The notes: a model not told the origin generated them from the sequence alone. DNA of 64,000 bases from an uncultured candidate division Zixibacteria bacterium (GCA_963806185.1 CAWDXE010000006.1:64001-128000), one strand, 5' to 3'. Shown: positions 9,823-21,256, counted from the first letter of the stretch. Numbers and translations are program-made.

Positions 9823-11856
9823 TTACGGACAGGCCGGCAACGGCCGGAAGCTGAGAAACAGATGATCCACCATCGCCGTAAGATCCTGAATATCCAGATT
9901 CAGGGGCCAGTCACCGTCGATATTCGCCTCCGCCGGACAGGTCGAAGGTCGAACTGAAATATACAGGTCATCAACCAACTGCTGCAAGTCGGCAATGTCG
10001 ACGGTGTTCAGGGAATCCTCATCGATGTTCCCCACCGTCCCCACACAACAGACCGCCGCGTTGCGATAGAAATCCAGTCCGCCGTCCTCTTCCCCGATGA
10101 GCAGATCACTGTCGCTATCCCCGTCCAGATCAGCAAGAAGCAACGCGAGCCGCGAGCCTTCATCCGATCCCGGGATCTTGTCGGATTGCGCTACTAATGT
10201 CAGGGAATCGGGAAAGCCGCTGACCGAGATGTTGCGAAACCAGGTTACACCGCTCACCGCCGAACCCAGGAGCAGATCCTTGCGGCCGTCGTGGTCCCAG
10301 TCTACAACCGTCGGTATAGTGAACTCGCGGGGAGCCTGTCGAAGTAGTCGCGAAGTCCTAAGACGGAGTACGGGCGCTTCGGCCGTCCCGGTGTTCTCAT
10401 ACAGCAGCACATTCGCCTGGCCGTTGAAATCCCATTCTCCGACCACCAAATCGATCCGGGCGTCGCCGTCAAAATCCATCGGCACCGGCACCGCCAATTG
10501 ATCCACGCGGATCGATCCCAGCGAGTCGGTGACGAGGGTGGGAATGAATGCACTTTTCGAACCGTCGTTGCGATAGTAAACAATTCGACCATTGAGATTC
10601 CCTACCAGCAGGTCCAGGTCGCCGTCGTTATCCCAGTCAACCAGCGCGGGAGCCGCATCGTAGCCGACATTAATATCTGCAAACGCCGTGTCTACCAGAT
10701 CAAGCATCGGTTTGGATGCCGTACCGGTGTTCTCCATGTACGCCAGCGCCCCGTTCTGTCCTCCTACCAGCAGGTCGATGTCGCCATCGTCGTCAAGATC
10801 GCCCGCCGTCGGCATTGACGCCGACCCAACGTCGATGGTCTTCAGATACTGCGAATCCGCCTGCACGTAATTCGGCGCCTGCAGCGTGCCGTCATTGCGG
10901 TACAACCGAAGCGTATACAAGTCTGCCACATTCGCCACTCCGGACAGCATCTCCGCCTTCCCGTCGCCATCAAGATCGCCAAAACTTACATGATTGAACC
11001 CCAGCGTCGGACTGGGTAGAAAGAACTCCGTCAGCCAGGTCAGATCGGAGTGAAATCGATCGCCCTCATTCCGAAAACAGTACAGGCTGTTGCTGAAAAT
11101 GTCTCCCCAGAACAGATCGTAGTCGCCGTCAGTGTCGTAGTCGGAGAACGTGATGCTGTTGAACCCGTGCAGTGGATTGTCCCCCCGATTCGGGCCTCGC
11201 CCTCCGGACGGCGATGGCCCACCCCCAGGAATTGCCAGCACACTGTCATACACGTCGGTGACGAACGTGAATATCGGCTCCTGCGGTGTCCCGATATTGC
11301 GATAGAAATTGAGATTCCCGCCGATCCCGCCCAGAAAGAAGTCGAGATCGCCATCGGCGTCGATATCCACAAACGCCGGCGTGATGTTGGTCGTGGTGGT
11401 CAGACCGCCAAAGACAGAATCAACCAGATCAAAGATCACTTCTCCCGGTATGGAACTGTTGCGATAGAACCTGGCGTGGCCGTGCCGCGAATCGCAGAGA
11501 AGGTCAACGTCGCCGTCGCCATCAATATCACTGAGCGTGTACCAGGTGCCGATATCGATTCCACCCAGCCGCCCGCTCTGCACTTGCCACTTTGCTTGTT
11601 GGGTCGTGCCCACATTCCTCAGATATAAGAGTCGCCCTTCAAACTGGCCGATCAACAGGTCGAGCCGTCCGTCGTTGTCGAGATCGACCAGTTCCGGTTT
11701 GGGGTTGTTGAGCCCGCCCAAAAAGGGAAGGTCAAGCAGAGATCCGTGATCACGCACAGGAAACGGCGTGTATTCGCGGACGAATTGCCCGCTCGCCCCG
11801 GCTGAAAGACCGAGACTCAACGCCGGAAACACTATGACACGAACTAGTAGATGCAT
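9823..11856 (-). CDS. Secreted FG-GAP/VCBS-repeat beta-propeller protein with C-terminal dockerin-like domain
   Basis: Signal peptide; about ten DxDxDGDxDL repeats followed by Y(Y/F)xN; C-terminus CCVGTVGNID..VDIADL..EANIDG..LDIQDL..CP (duplicated Ca-loop/helix). Confidence 0.85.
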   Translation of the reverse strand: MHLLVRVIVFPALSLGLSAGASGQFVREYTPFPVRDHGSLLDLPFLGGLNNPKPELVDLDNDGRLDLLIGQFEGRLLYLRNVGTTQQAKWQVQSGRLGGIDIGTWYTLSDIDGDGDVDLLCDSRHGHARFYRNSSIPGEVIFDLVDSVFGGLTTTTNITPAFVDIDADGDLDFFLGGIGGNLNFYRNIGTPQEPIFTFVTDVYDSVLAIPGGGPSPSGGRGPNRGDNPLHGFNSITFSDYDTDGDYDLFWGDIFSNSLYCFRNEGDRFHSDLTWLTEFFLPSPTLGFNHVSFGDLDGDGKAEMLSGVANVADLYTLRLYRNDGTLQAPNYVQADSQYLKTIDVGSASMPTAGDLDDDGDIDLLVGGQNGALAYMENTGTASKPMLDLVDTAFADINVGYDAAPALVDWDNDGDLDLLVGNLNGRIVYYRNDGSKSAFIPTLVTDSLGSIRVDQLAVPVPMDFDGDARIDLVVGEWDFNGQANVLLYENTGTAEAPVLRLRTSRLLRQAPREFTIPTVVDWDHDGRKDLLLGSAVSGVTWFRNISVSGFPDSLTLVAQSDKIPGSDEGSRLALLLADLDGDSDSDLLIGEEDGGLDFYRNAAVCCVGTVGNIDEDSLNTVDIADLQQLVDDLYISVRPSTCPAEANIDGDWPLNLDIQDLTAMVDHLFLSFRPLPACP

Positions 11857-12043
11857 TTCTATTTGTATTATCGCCTTAATATGTCCAATATAGCATATTG
11901 TCGGCGGCCCGAGAAAACTCTGTCAAGCGCTGGGCGCGGAAATTCGTCCGTTTGGCCCGGCAAACAATTGACTCTCATTGTATAAGTCGATGACCTGCCG
12001 CTTTGTTCCAGTGAGCCCGGTTCAGGAAAGGAGCCTTATCCCC

Positions 12044-13243
12044 ATGCGAGCCTTGTCATTTGCATCCATACTGGCTCTCGCCGTGTCGATCAGCACCTGC
12101 GGTTCGGACAAGAACACTGCGGCAGTCAATCCACCCGCTACCGACACCCTGGCGGACTCCACCTGGCCGGCAGTCTCCACCGTCACCTTCGCCGTCGCCT
12201 ATCCCAATGTGAGTTTCAGCCGTCCCCTCGACATCAAATACCCGCCCGACAACACCAATCGCGCCTTCGTCGTGGAGCAGGAGGGTGCCATCCGCATGCT
12301 CGACAACAGCACTCCCACTACCTCAGTCGCCACGACCTTCCTGGATATTACCGGTCGCGTCAACAGCACCGGCAACGAGGAGGGCCTGCTCGGGTTGGCA
12401 TTTCATCCCGACTTTGCCAATAATCACTACTTCTACGTCAATTACACCGCCGCCAATCCTCGTCGTACGGTTATCAGCCGCTTCACCGCCACAGGTGACT
12501 CGGCCGACAGCACCAGCGAACTCGTCATCCTGACCTTCGATCAACCCTACAGCAACCACAACGGCGGGTGCCTCATGTTCGGACCGGACAATTATCTGTA
12601 TATCGCCACCGGTGACGGCGGGTCGGGGGGCGATCCACAGGGAAACGGGCAAAACACCAGGACACTTCTGGGGAAGATCCTTCGCATCGATGTCGACCAT
12701 CCGTCGGCCGGCCGCAACTACGGCATCCCGGCCGACAATCCGTTCGCTGCGGCAACCGACGGCCGCCGTGGTGAGATCTTCGCTTACGGCCTGCGCAATC
12801 CGTGGCGCTTCTCGTTCGACCGCCAATCCGGTCTGCTTTGGGCGGGCGACGTTGGCCAGGACGAAATCGAGGAGATCGATATCATCGAAAACGGCAAGAA
12901 CTATGGCTGGAATATCATGGAAGGGTCCGCCTGCTACAATCCCAGCTCCAATTGTCAGAAAGCCGGTCTTACCCTGCCGGTAGCGGAATACACGCACTCC
13001 ACCGGCCAATCGGTAACCGGCGGCTATGTCTACCGAGGCACAAAATTTCCTACCCTCGTCGGCACATACCTATATGCTGATTTCGTCTCTGGTCGCGTGT
13101 GGGGCATGCGCTCGATCGGCGGCAAACCAAGGCTGCTCGCTTCCGGTGGGCTCAACATTTCATCATTTGGTGAGGGAGTGGACGGCGAGCTGTACGTCAC
13201 CGCCTTTGATGGGAAAATCTACACGCTGATTACAGCCCAGTGA
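12044..13243 (+). CDS. PQQ-dependent glucose/sorbosone dehydrogenase family (putative lipoprotein)
   Basis: EEGLLGLAFHP, NHNGG, GDGG, GKILRID, YGLRNPWR, GDVG and NYGW motifs; AGGAG RBS. Confidence 0.9.
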   Translation: MRALSFASILALAVSISTCGSDKNTAAVNPPATDTLADSTWPAVSTVTFAVAYPNVSFSRPLDIKYPPDNTNRAFVVEQEGAIRMLDNSTPTTSVATTFLDITGRVNSTGNEEGLLGLAFHPDFANNHYFYVNYTAANPRRTVISRFTATGDSADSTSELVILTFDQPYSNHNGGCLMFGPDNYLYIATGDGGSGGDPQGNGQNTRTLLGKILRIDVDHPSAGRNYGIPADNPFAAATDGRRGEIFAYGLRNPWRFSFDRQSGLLWAGDVGQDEIEEIDIIENGKNYGWNIMEGSACYNPSSNCQKAGLTLPVAEYTHSTGQSVTGGYVYRGTKFPTLVGTYLYADFVSGRVWGMRSIGGKPRLLASGGLNISSFGEGVDGELYVTAFDGKIYTLITAQ

Positions 13244-14005
13244 TCAGTTTGCGGTCGAGTCTGTCGGCTGAATTGTCTCAATAATCGGCTGCAGCGACGT
13301 CGGTATCACCGACGAGCCATTGCCGTTGCCGTTCAGATCTATCAAGCCATCCTTCAGCTTGATAATCCGCCCTGCCTGCCTGGCCAGATTCATATCGTGC
13401 GTGATGATTATGACGGTCTTGCCCGCCTTCCACAGTTCGTGAAAGAGATTCACAATTTCGCCGCCTGAGTGCGAATCCAGGTTGCCGGTTGGCTCGTCGG
13501 CCAAAATGATCTCCGGTTCGTTGGCCAACGCCCGGGCAATGGCCACGCGCTGCATCTCACCACCCGACATTTCCGTCGGCTTGTTCCCCAGCTTGCCGCC
13601 CAGCCCCACTCGATTCAGCAGCTCGACAACCCGATTCCGGCGCTTGCGATTATTCGCCCCGGCAAACAGCAACGGTACTTCCACATTTTCGTAGGCGGTC
13701 GCATACGGCAGCAGATTAAACGCCTGAAAGACGAAGCCGATCTTCTGATTGCGCACGTCGGCCAGTTGGTTCGACGACATCTTATTCACCAGTTGACCGT
13801 CGAGTAAATACTCGCCGCTGCTGGGCGTATCCAGGCAGCCGACCAGATTCATGAGCGTTGATTTGCCCGAGCCTGACGGCCCCACGACGGCGATGAGTTC
13901 GCCTCGTCCGGCCGAAAAATCCACGCCGCGCAACGCCTCGAATTCGACTCTGCCCGTCTTGTACAGCTTCCGGACCTGCTTCAGTTCAATCAAGTTCTTC
14001 ATCAC
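13244..14005 (-). CDS. ABC transporter ATP-binding protein (MacB/LolD family)
   Basis: [24 protein letters not shown] and ADEPTGNLD motifs. Confidence 0.95.
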   Translation of the reverse strand: MMKNLIELKQVRKLYKTGRVEFEALRGVDFSAGRGELIAVVGPSGSGKSTLMNLVGCLDTPSSGEYLLDGQLVNKMSSNQLADVRNQKIGFVFQAFNLLPYATAYENVEVPLLFAGANNRKRRNRVVELLNRVGLGGKLGNKPTEMSGGEMQRVAIARALANEPEIILADEPTGNLDSHSGGEIVNLFHELWKAGKTVIIITHDMNLARQAGRIIKLKDGLIDLNGNGNGSSVIPTSLQPIIETIQPTDSTAN

Positions 14006-14020
14006 CCTGCTCCGTTTGCC

Positions 14021-15268
14021 TTACTCATATCGCAGCGACTCGACCGGATTCACCGAGGCCGCTCGCAGCGCCGGGAAAAATCCCGAAAGAATTCCCATGA
14101 TGCCTAGAATCACCACTACTATCAGGCCGATCTGAGGCGAAATAGTCGGCCGCCCCATGAACTGCAATACCTCGCTCTCCAGCGGGATCCGCTTGAACCC
14201 CTCTGTCAACACATAGCTCAGGGCCATGCCGCCGAATCCCCCCAGGAACGTGATCAATAGCGCCTCGATCAGAAACTGCGACATAATGTACGACCGCCGC
14301 GCCCCCACCGCCATCTTGATGCCGATCTCGCGTGTCCGTTCCTTAATCGATACGTACATGATATTGGCCACCCCCACGCCGGCAATCAGAAGCGTCAGCC
14401 CGCCGATGATCCCCAGGAATATCTGCAGTCCCAGCATGACATTATTAAATTCCTTCTGGCTCTCCACCACGTCCCACACCCAGAGCGCCCGTTCATCCTT
14501 CGGATCAAATTTGTACTTCGCGCCCATTACTTCGAAAACGCGATGTTCAATCGCCTTCATGTTATCCATGTTCTTCGGCTGATAGATGATGACATTCAAA
14601 AAACGATGGCCGAAAATTGTCTTGAACGTGGTGATCGGAATCGACAGCTTATCGGCGTCCTGCCCGCTGTAAGAATTCATCTGCATCTTCTCGATCTCCA
14701 CACCCACTACCATGAACGGTACACCGTTGACCATGACTTGCTGCCCGATCGGATCTTCATCGCCAAACAGCCGCTTCTTGAGACCGGCGCCGATAAAACA
14801 GACCCGCCGCTTGAGCTGTACGTCAAGGTCGTTTATCATCCGCCCGCCCATTTGCGCGATATGACTTCGCATGAATGCATAGTTGGGAGTTATTCCGGCC
14901 ACGTGATCGCTAACGACGTTGTCGCCGTGCTTCATGACCACACCCCAGCGGGCGTATTCGCCGCCTACGTATTCCATTTCGGGAATCGATTTGCGGAGAT
15001 AATCGATATCGTCCAGTTCAAAGCGGATCGGCCGCCCCTTACCCAAACCCTTGTACGGGATCGACGTCTGGCCACCCCAGAGTATGACGATACCGTCGCC
15101 CATTCCCTTGGAATTTACCGACATCTGGTCGTGCAGCCCCTGGCCGAACCCGAGCAGCAGCATGATTGAAATCGTCCCCCACGCCAGCGCTATCAACGTG
15201 AGCGTGATGCGCTTGCGCTGCTTTCGGAAGTCACGCACGAAGACATTGTATATGATCGATGGCTTCAT
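14021..15268 (-). CDS. ABC transporter permease (MacB/FtsX family)
   Basis: ERTREIGIKMAVGA and PALRAASVNPVESLRYE motifs. Confidence 0.93.
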   Translation of the reverse strand: MKPSIIYNVFVRDFRKQRKRITLTLIALAWGTISIMLLLGFGQGLHDQMSVNSKGMGDGIVILWGGQTSIPYKGLGKGRPIRFELDDIDYLRKSIPEMEYVGGEYARWGVVMKHGDNVVSDHVAGITPNYAFMRSHIAQMGGRMINDLDVQLKRRVCFIGAGLKKRLFGDEDPIGQQVMVNGVPFMVVGVEIEKMQMNSYSGQDADKLSIPITTFKTIFGHRFLNVIIYQPKNMDNMKAIEHRVFEVMGAKYKFDPKDERALWVWDVVESQKEFNNVMLGLQIFLGIIGGLTLLIAGVGVANIMYVSIKERTREIGIKMAVGARRSYIMSQFLIEALLITFLGGFGGMALSYVLTEGFKRIPLESEVLQFMGRPTISPQIGLIVVVILGIMGILSGFFPALRAASVNPVESLRYE

Positions 15269-15275
15269 CAGTTCC

Positions 15276-16511
15276 TCAGAAGAGCTTCAGCGCCTGTACC
15301 GGCTGCAGATTGGCCGCCCGTCGCGCCGGGAAAATACCGGCCAAGAATCCTATGACCCCCAGCAGCGCAACCGCCACCAGGCCGTTGGCCATATCGATCG
15401 ACGGTATTCCGACATAATCTTCCAGTTTCAACATCGGGAACACCGAGACAATGCCCCAGGCCAACAAAAAGCCAAGCAGCCCGCCCATACCGGTGATCAG
15501 GAAAGTCTCGAAAACAAATTGCCAGAGAATCGTGCTCTTGCGCGCCCCCAGTGCCATCTTGATGCCGATTTCCTTGGTTCGCTCCTCCAACACCACGTTC
15601 ATGATGTTCGACACGCCAATCGCACCGGTGATGAGGGTCGCCACACCGATACCGACGAGAAACATCTGAAAGGCCAGGAAAAAGGTCTTGAGGAAAGCAA
15701 TCCCCTCAGTCGTATCCCAGCACGGAAGTGCTTCCGTGTCCGACGGATCGTACCGGAACCGCCGCCCCATGATTTCATTGATCTCGCGCTTCGCCAGTGC
15801 CATCGTCGTCTCCGGATTGCTCTGTGCGACGAAATCATTCAGGTACATTGCCGAAAACATCGTCCGGAACGTCGTCGACGGGATGAATGCCTTGTACTCG
15901 TCGCGGCCGCTGTACGAGCTGTCCTGCTGCTTGTGCTTCATCACCCCCACCACCGTAAACGGCGCCCCATTGACCAGCACCTGCTTGCCGATCGGGTCTT
16001 CATCACCAAACAGATCCTTCGCCAGTCCGTCACCGATAAACACGACCCGACGTTTGTCCTTCATATCCAGATCGTTGATGAAGCGCGAGCCTTCCTCCGG
16101 GATCAGGTTGCGCATCTCGCCGAATTCCGGCCAGATACCGGCCACCTGACGGATGGTATTGTTGCGCCCCACCTGGAACATGACATTCCACTTGCTGTAT
16201 TCCGGCGAGATGCGAAGGATCGTCTGGGCCTTTGCCTTGATGAGGGCGACATCTTCCTCGGTAAACCGGACACTGCGCCCTCGTGGAAGCCCCTTGAATT
16301 CTTTTGATGTTACCCCGGGCCAGAAGATGGCGATGTTCTCGCCCAGCCCTTTCTGTGACTTGATCTGCGCCTCGCCCATTCCCTTGCCGAACGCAAACAA
16401 GAGCACGATCGAACAGGTCCCCCAGAAGATGCCGAACATGGTCATCGCCGTGCGCAGCTTCTGACGACGCATATCATTGAAAAACTGCTTTACCGAAAGG
16501 AGTGGCAGCAT
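15276..16511 (-). CDS. ABC transporter permease (MacB/FtsX family)
   Basis: ERTKEIGIKMALGA and PARRAANLQPVQAL motifs; paralog of the adjacent gene. Confidence 0.93.
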   Translation of the reverse strand: MLPLLSVKQFFNDMRRQKLRTAMTMFGIFWGTCSIVLLFAFGKGMGEAQIKSQKGLGENIAIFWPGVTSKEFKGLPRGRSVRFTEEDVALIKAKAQTILRISPEYSKWNVMFQVGRNNTIRQVAGIWPEFGEMRNLIPEEGSRFINDLDMKDKRRVVFIGDGLAKDLFGDEDPIGKQVLVNGAPFTVVGVMKHKQQDSSYSGRDEYKAFIPSTTFRTMFSAMYLNDFVAQSNPETTMALAKREINEIMGRRFRYDPSDTEALPCWDTTEGIAFLKTFFLAFQMFLVGIGVATLITGAIGVSNIMNVVLEERTKEIGIKMALGARKSTILWQFVFETFLITGMGGLLGFLLAWGIVSVFPMLKLEDYVGIPSIDMANGLVAVALLGVIGFLAGIFPARRAANLQPVQALKLF

Positions 16512-16520
16512 CGGGACCTC

Positions 16521-17618
16521 TTACTCAGCCGTGATTTCTCGCGGCGGACGTTCCACGATCTCCTGACCCTCGATCAGGCCCGAATCAACCTCGATGTTGA
16601 TCCCGTCCGAGAGGCCGGTCTTGATCTTGTGCTCCGTCACCACACCCAGCGAATCGCGAATTTCGACAGTCGATGTCGAATCCTTGGTCTTGACCAGTCG
16701 TTCCGGCACCACCAGTACACTGTCCTTGCGCGCGATAATCACGTTGGCGTTGGCGCTGTACCCGGCCCTCAGTCCTTCCATTCCCTTGGTCGGTATCGTA
16801 ATCTCCACTTCGAACAAGGTTGACCCCTCTTCTTTGTGGGCCTTGGGAGAAATCGTCTTCAACGCGCCGGCGATCTTCTGGTTGGGCAGGGCGCCGATCT
16901 CGATATCCGCATTCATCCCTTCATTTAATTTACCGACGTCGATCTCGTCGACATTCCCTTCAAACAGCAGGTCTTCCATGTACGCCAGAGCCATCAACTC
17001 GCTGCCCGCCTGATACGACGTCAGCGGGACTACCGGATCACCTTCCTTCACATCAATTGAGAGCACCGTGCCGGAGATAGTCGACTTGATCACGTTATCG
17101 ATCTGCCGATTGGCGACTTCCGTGTGGCCGGATTCAATAAGGGCCAGCTTCTCCTTCGACAGTTTCAAACGAAGTTCCGCCTCGTCGTACGCCATCTTGC
17201 GGTCTTCGTATTGCTGATTCGAAATGAGCTGCTTATCGCGAAGTGATTTGTCGCGGTCATATTGGGTCTTGGTATTTTCAAATGACACCTGGGAGAGTTC
17301 GACCTGGCGTTTGGCCTCGGCGTACTCGATCGGCGTTGGATCGGGCGCTATATCCAGAAGCGGATCCCCCACCGTCACGCGGTCGCCGACCTCAACGTAT
17401 ATTTTCCGCACCAATCCGCCGATCTTGGACTTCACCGAGATCTCGCGCTTGGGTACGATCTTGCCCACCGCCAGCGCTTTCTCGATAATCGATCCCTTGG
17501 TCACCTTGACGGTCTTGAGCTGGTCGTCCTTCTTGGCCGAGCCATCTTTGGCCAGGAAGAAGACCACCGCTGCAATCACGCCTACGATGACCACCCCGAA
17601 TAAGATTTTCTTTATCAT
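16521..17618 (-). CDS. Efflux periplasmic adaptor subunit (MacA/HlyD family)
   Basis: N-terminal TM, lipoyl-like halves (VEVGDRV, VKEGDPV), hairpin, VDEIDV motif. Confidence 0.92.
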   Translation of the reverse strand: MIKKILFGVVIVGVIAAVVFFLAKDGSAKKDDQLKTVKVTKGSIIEKALAVGKIVPKREISVKSKIGGLVRKIYVEVGDRVTVGDPLLDIAPDPTPIEYAEAKRQVELSQVSFENTKTQYDRDKSLRDKQLISNQQYEDRKMAYDEAELRLKLSKEKLALIESGHTEVANRQIDNVIKSTISGTVLSIDVKEGDPVVPLTSYQAGSELMALAYMEDLLFEGNVDEIDVGKLNEGMNADIEIGALPNQKIAGALKTISPKAHKEEGSTLFEVEITIPTKGMEGLRAGYSANANVIIARKDSVLVVPERLVKTKDSTSTVEIRDSLGVVTEHKIKTGLSDGINIEVDSGLIEGQEIVERPPREITAE

Positions 17619-17724
17619 GCTGGATTGCTCCTGTCGCTAGCACAAATAGATACGCAAATAGAAATACGCACCCCAGGGGGGATTGTTTCCTCCATCCACT
17701 GAATAATCTGGACATGGAGCCGGA

Positions 17725-18839
17725 CTAGCGGCCCAGGACAAAATCGACACGCGCAAGCGTCACCCCATTGATCACCAGCTCCACCGCCTGCTTGCCCGGC
17801 AGATGGGTGCGGGTGCTGTGATTCACAAAGGGATGTGTGGTGGTCAGTTCGAGCGTTCCCCCGGCCGGGACCTGCTTTTCGGCCCACTTGAACACCTTGG
17901 GGGACAGCTTACCATTCTTCTTAAGAAAATGAATCTTGTAGTCAATTGCCAACTTTTGCGACTTTGAGCCGGTCGAGAACAACTGCAGCGTCAGATCCCC
18001 CTTGCCGCCAATCCTCAACTTCTTCGGTGACAACGAGAACTTCCCCAACTTCAGCTTGGGGTCGGGGGTGAAATCGAATATCGGAAAGACCTTGGCGTGC
18101 CCCTTCTTGATCAGCGTCCGACAGGCATGCTTCACTATCCAGTCGGTGTTCTTATTGCCGATCCTTCTTCCAGGCCAGCGCTGTCCTGATGACCACCTCC
18201 GGGTGATCCTTGGAGATATCGTTCAGGTTGTTGGCAACTGCCTTCCGGACATACAGCGAGGGGTCGGCTTTCAGTTTAGCGAGCAGTTCCAACACCGGCT
18301 TCGGATCCTTGCGGAAAGCCGGGATATGCGCAATCCAGACCCCGCGCGGACGGCTCCCTTCGGCCGCCAGTCGGCGCACATGCTCGTTGGGGTGACCCGC
18401 CCAGCGGTGCAGAACCGGCAGCATCTTGTCCAAATAGGTATTTATGTACGGCCGAATGGTTGACTCACATGTCCCGTGCTGAGTCAAGTACTCCATTGCC
18501 CGTACCGATTCGTCGAAATGCTCCACCCCGAACAACTCGACATACGTCGTCAGAATCCAGCTCTGGAAGCCGCTGGTATGCGGCGAGACGGCAATCAGAA
18601 TATCCACTGTCTTGCCGTATTCTTTGGGTAGGAAATCTGATGTAGCGCGTCGCCACCCACTTGCCGCGCGCCTTGAGTTCGAGCTTCGGGAATTCGGGCG
18701 TGATGACAGCCGTCATGAATTTCTCAATCGGAAACTTCGCCCAGGCGTCGTGGAACATCTCGGCCAGACTGCGAACGGACTCTGGATTGATGTAATCTTT
18801 CCAGAGTCCGCTTTCAGGTCTTTCGGATATTGCAGGCAT
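17725..18839 (-). pseudogene. DNA alkylation repair protein (AlkC-like HEAT repeat with C-terminal Ig-like domain), frameshifted into three ORFs
   Basis: Fragments 18465-18839 (LELKAR), 18152-18607 (NEHVRRLAAEGSRPR, DPSLYVRKAVANNLNDISKDHP) and 17725-18135 (KHACRTLIKKG, IDYKIHF, PKVFK) are colinear pieces of one family member; the breaks may be sequencing errors. Confidence 0.8.
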
Positions 18840-18851
18840 GCGTCCCTGTTG

Positions 18852-20660
18852 CTACTTCGCCAATTTCACAAAATCGTCAACATCCGCAATCGACCGCTTC
18901 ACCGCCGCCACCCAGAAATCGTCCTTCGTCAGATCGACTCCCAGATGCTTCATGGCGACTTCCTCGGTCGTCATGCTGCCGGTGTCGGCCAGCAGCGCCC
19001 GGTATTTGTCGGCAAACGCCTTCCCCTCTTTCTTGGCGCGGTCATACACACCGCCCGCGAACAGATAGCCAAAGGTATACGGGAAGTGGTAGAACGGCGT
19101 ATCGGTGATGAAGAAATGCAGTTTCGAACACCAGAACAGCGGGTGACACCCCGACTCATCCAGCAATTCGCCATACGCCTTGCGCTGCGCGTCGATCATC
19201 AATTCGTTCAGCCGATCCTTCTGTACGATTCCGTTCTTCCGCTCGGCATAAAAGCTCTTGTCGAAAAGATACCGCGCATGGATGTCGGTGAACATCACGT
19301 ATGCCCCTTGCAGCTTCTGGTCCAGAAGCATCAGCCGCTCCTCGCGGTCGGTCGCCTGCTCCATGGCGGCATCGGTGACCAGCGTTTCGGCGAAGATCGA
19401 CGCCGTCTCGGCCAGGGTCATCGGATACCAGGTGGCAAAATACGGATGCTCTTTGAGCACATAGCTGTGATAGGCGTGCCCCAATTCATGGGCCAGCGTC
19501 GACAGATTCTCATACGTGCCGGCGTAGGTCATGAAGATACGGCTCTGCCGAAATGGCCCGGTGCCGGTACAGTATCCGCCTCCCCGCTTGCCGGGGCGAT
19601 CCTCCGCCTCCACCCACCGCTTCTCGAGCGCCATTTTGCAGAAATTGGAGAAGTCCTTTGAAATCGACGCGGTCTGTTCAATCACGAAGTCGCCCGCCTC
19701 TTCAAACGTGTACATCTTCTCCACCGCGCCGCACGGCGCGAACTCATCCCACCACGAAAACTTGTCAATCCCAAGCAGCTTTTTCTTGGCGTCGATATAC
19801 GGCTTCAGCTTGGCCGTCTCGCGGCCGATCACCCGCCACATCGCGTCGAGCGTCTCTTCCTTCAAACGGCACAGCGTCAGCGGCTCATACAACGGGGACG
19901 TCCACCCGCGGCGATTGTATACCGACAGCCGGAACCCGGCCTGCGCGTTGAGCGCCATGGCCGCCATATCGTCCCGCGTCTTCCATGCCTCATTCATCTT
20001 CTGGAACGCCTGATGACGAATCTCCCGCCGCGGATCGGACATCTTGGTCGCCAACTGCCCAAGTGACATCTTCGTAGTACTGCCGTTTTCGTCGAAATCC
20101 ACCATCAGTTCGCCCGACATCCGGTCATAGAGCCGATTCCAGGCATGGTACCCATTGACCGCCAGCTCCAGCGCCAGCGCTTCCATTTCGGGCGGCATCT
20201 TCCTCTTGGCCAGTTCCCGCATTTCATTGAGGAAGAACCGGACCGGCATCAACTCGCCCGTTGACACCAGCTTCTGCCAGGCCGCATCGGCCTGCTTGAG
20301 CGCCAGTGCCTCGAAATCCGTCCGCATCTTCTCCCACTGCGAATTGCATTCGTCTCCCTCGCCGACTATCGCTTCCGCCTTGACGTCTTTTACGTTCGCC
20401 GAAACAAGCATATTGGCAAACGAACGGACCAGCTCGATACTCTCGCACGTCGACTGCAGCGCCAGGATAAATTCGCGCCATTGCGGCGCGGTGGCGTCCG
20501 ACAAGGTAGTCGGCAGCGCAACCAACAGCTTGGCCGCCTGCGCCAATTCATCTTTGGTCTTGGCGCGAAACTGCGCGTACTTGGCAGATTGGCTGCCGCC
20601 GGGGAATATTGAGTCCAGGTCCCAGGTCGGAGCCGGAGGTATTTTGGTCATGGTTGCCAT
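18852..20660 (-). CDS. pepF: Oligoendopeptidase F (M3B peptidase)
   Basis: TWDLDSIF, RPGKRGGGYC, TLAHELGHAYH, LAETAS and FYHFPYTFG motifs. Confidence 0.9.
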   Translation of the reverse strand: MATMTKIPPAPTWDLDSIFPGGSQSAKYAQFRAKTKDELAQAAKLLVALPTTLSDATAPQWREFILALQSTCESIELVRSFANMLVSANVKDVKAEAIVGEGDECNSQWEKMRTDFEALALKQADAAWQKLVSTGELMPVRFFLNEMRELAKRKMPPEMEALALELAVNGYHAWNRLYDRMSGELMVDFDENGSTTKMSLGQLATKMSDPRREIRHQAFQKMNEAWKTRDDMAAMALNAQAGFRLSVYNRRGWTSPLYEPLTLCRLKEETLDAMWRVIGRETAKLKPYIDAKKKLLGIDKFSWWDEFAPCGAVEKMYTFEEAGDFVIEQTASISKDFSNFCKMALEKRWVEAEDRPGKRGGGYCTGTGPFRQSRIFMTYAGTYENLSTLAHELGHAYHSYVLKEHPYFATWYPMTLAETASIFAETLVTDAAMEQATDREERLMLLDQKLQGAYVMFTDIHARYLFDKSFYAERKNGIVQKDRLNELMIDAQRKAYGELLDESGCHPLFWCSKLHFFITDTPFYHFPYTFGYLFAGGVYDRAKKEGKAFADKYRALLADTGSMTTEEVAMKHLGVDLTKDDFWVAAVKRSIADVDDFVKLAK

Positions 20661-20773
20661 GGAGTATCTCCTTCGTTTCTTGAATAATGGCCGAAGATAC
20701 TCGCTCGCGCGCTCCGACGCAAGCATCCGCGACGGGCTCCCTATATCGGCCCCGAATAGGTATATTGCCCGGT

Positions 20774-21052
20774 ATGACTGAGCCTGACGACCCTATCGAG
20801 TATCCCGTCGATGGCACCCTCGATCTGCACCAGTTCACCCCTACCCAGGTCAAGGAGGTAGTGCTGGAATACATAGTGGCCTGCCTTGAGAAACGGATCT
20901 ATGCCTTACGAATCGTGCATGGCAAAGGGATTGGTGTCCAGAGGGAGATTGTCCGCTCGGTGCTCGAAAATCACCCCCACGTTGCCGCCTTTCGCCACGA
21001 GGGCGGTTCCGGCGGCTCCTGGGGCGCCACCGTCGTCGACTTGAAGCCGTAG
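20774..21052 (+). CDS. Stand-alone Smr domain protein
   Basis: LDLH, RIVHGKGIG and GSWGATVV motifs. Confidence 0.9.
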   Translation: MTEPDDPIEYPVDGTLDLHQFTPTQVKEVVLEYIVACLEKRIYALRIVHGKGIGVQREIVRSVLENHPHVAAFRHEGGSGGSWGATVVDLKP

Positions 21053-21084
21053 CTCGGCTCGTTCATCCCGTCAGGGGCACCCCG

Positions 21085-21256
21085 GTACCCCACCGGAACG
21101 GTGGGTTCAATTTCAATGGCTTTCCCCTATCGAAGTGCTGAGCACGCTGGCGACCCACCAGTCTACCGTATCCCCTCTCGTGTCACTCTGGCCCCTCTCA
21201 CCTCGTCATTCCGGGCCCCTCTATCTTGTCATTCTGGGCCGAAGGCCCAGAATCCA
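21085..21256. repeat. Intergenic repeat cluster (GTAC-CCCACC REP and GTCATT(C/T) hairpins)
   Basis: GTACCCCACC-GGAAC-GGTGGGTTC at 21085-21108 matches the REPs flanking the RAYT; GTCATTCTGGGCCGAAGGCCCAGAATCC hairpin near 21228-21256. Confidence 0.75.

Noticed and set aside
15051..19661. Long opposite-strand ORFs (e.g. 15051-16307, 18612-19661; also 23051-24058, 25045-25992, 61089-61982)
   Set aside because: Antisense shadows of well-supported GC-rich genes, with no protein motifs.
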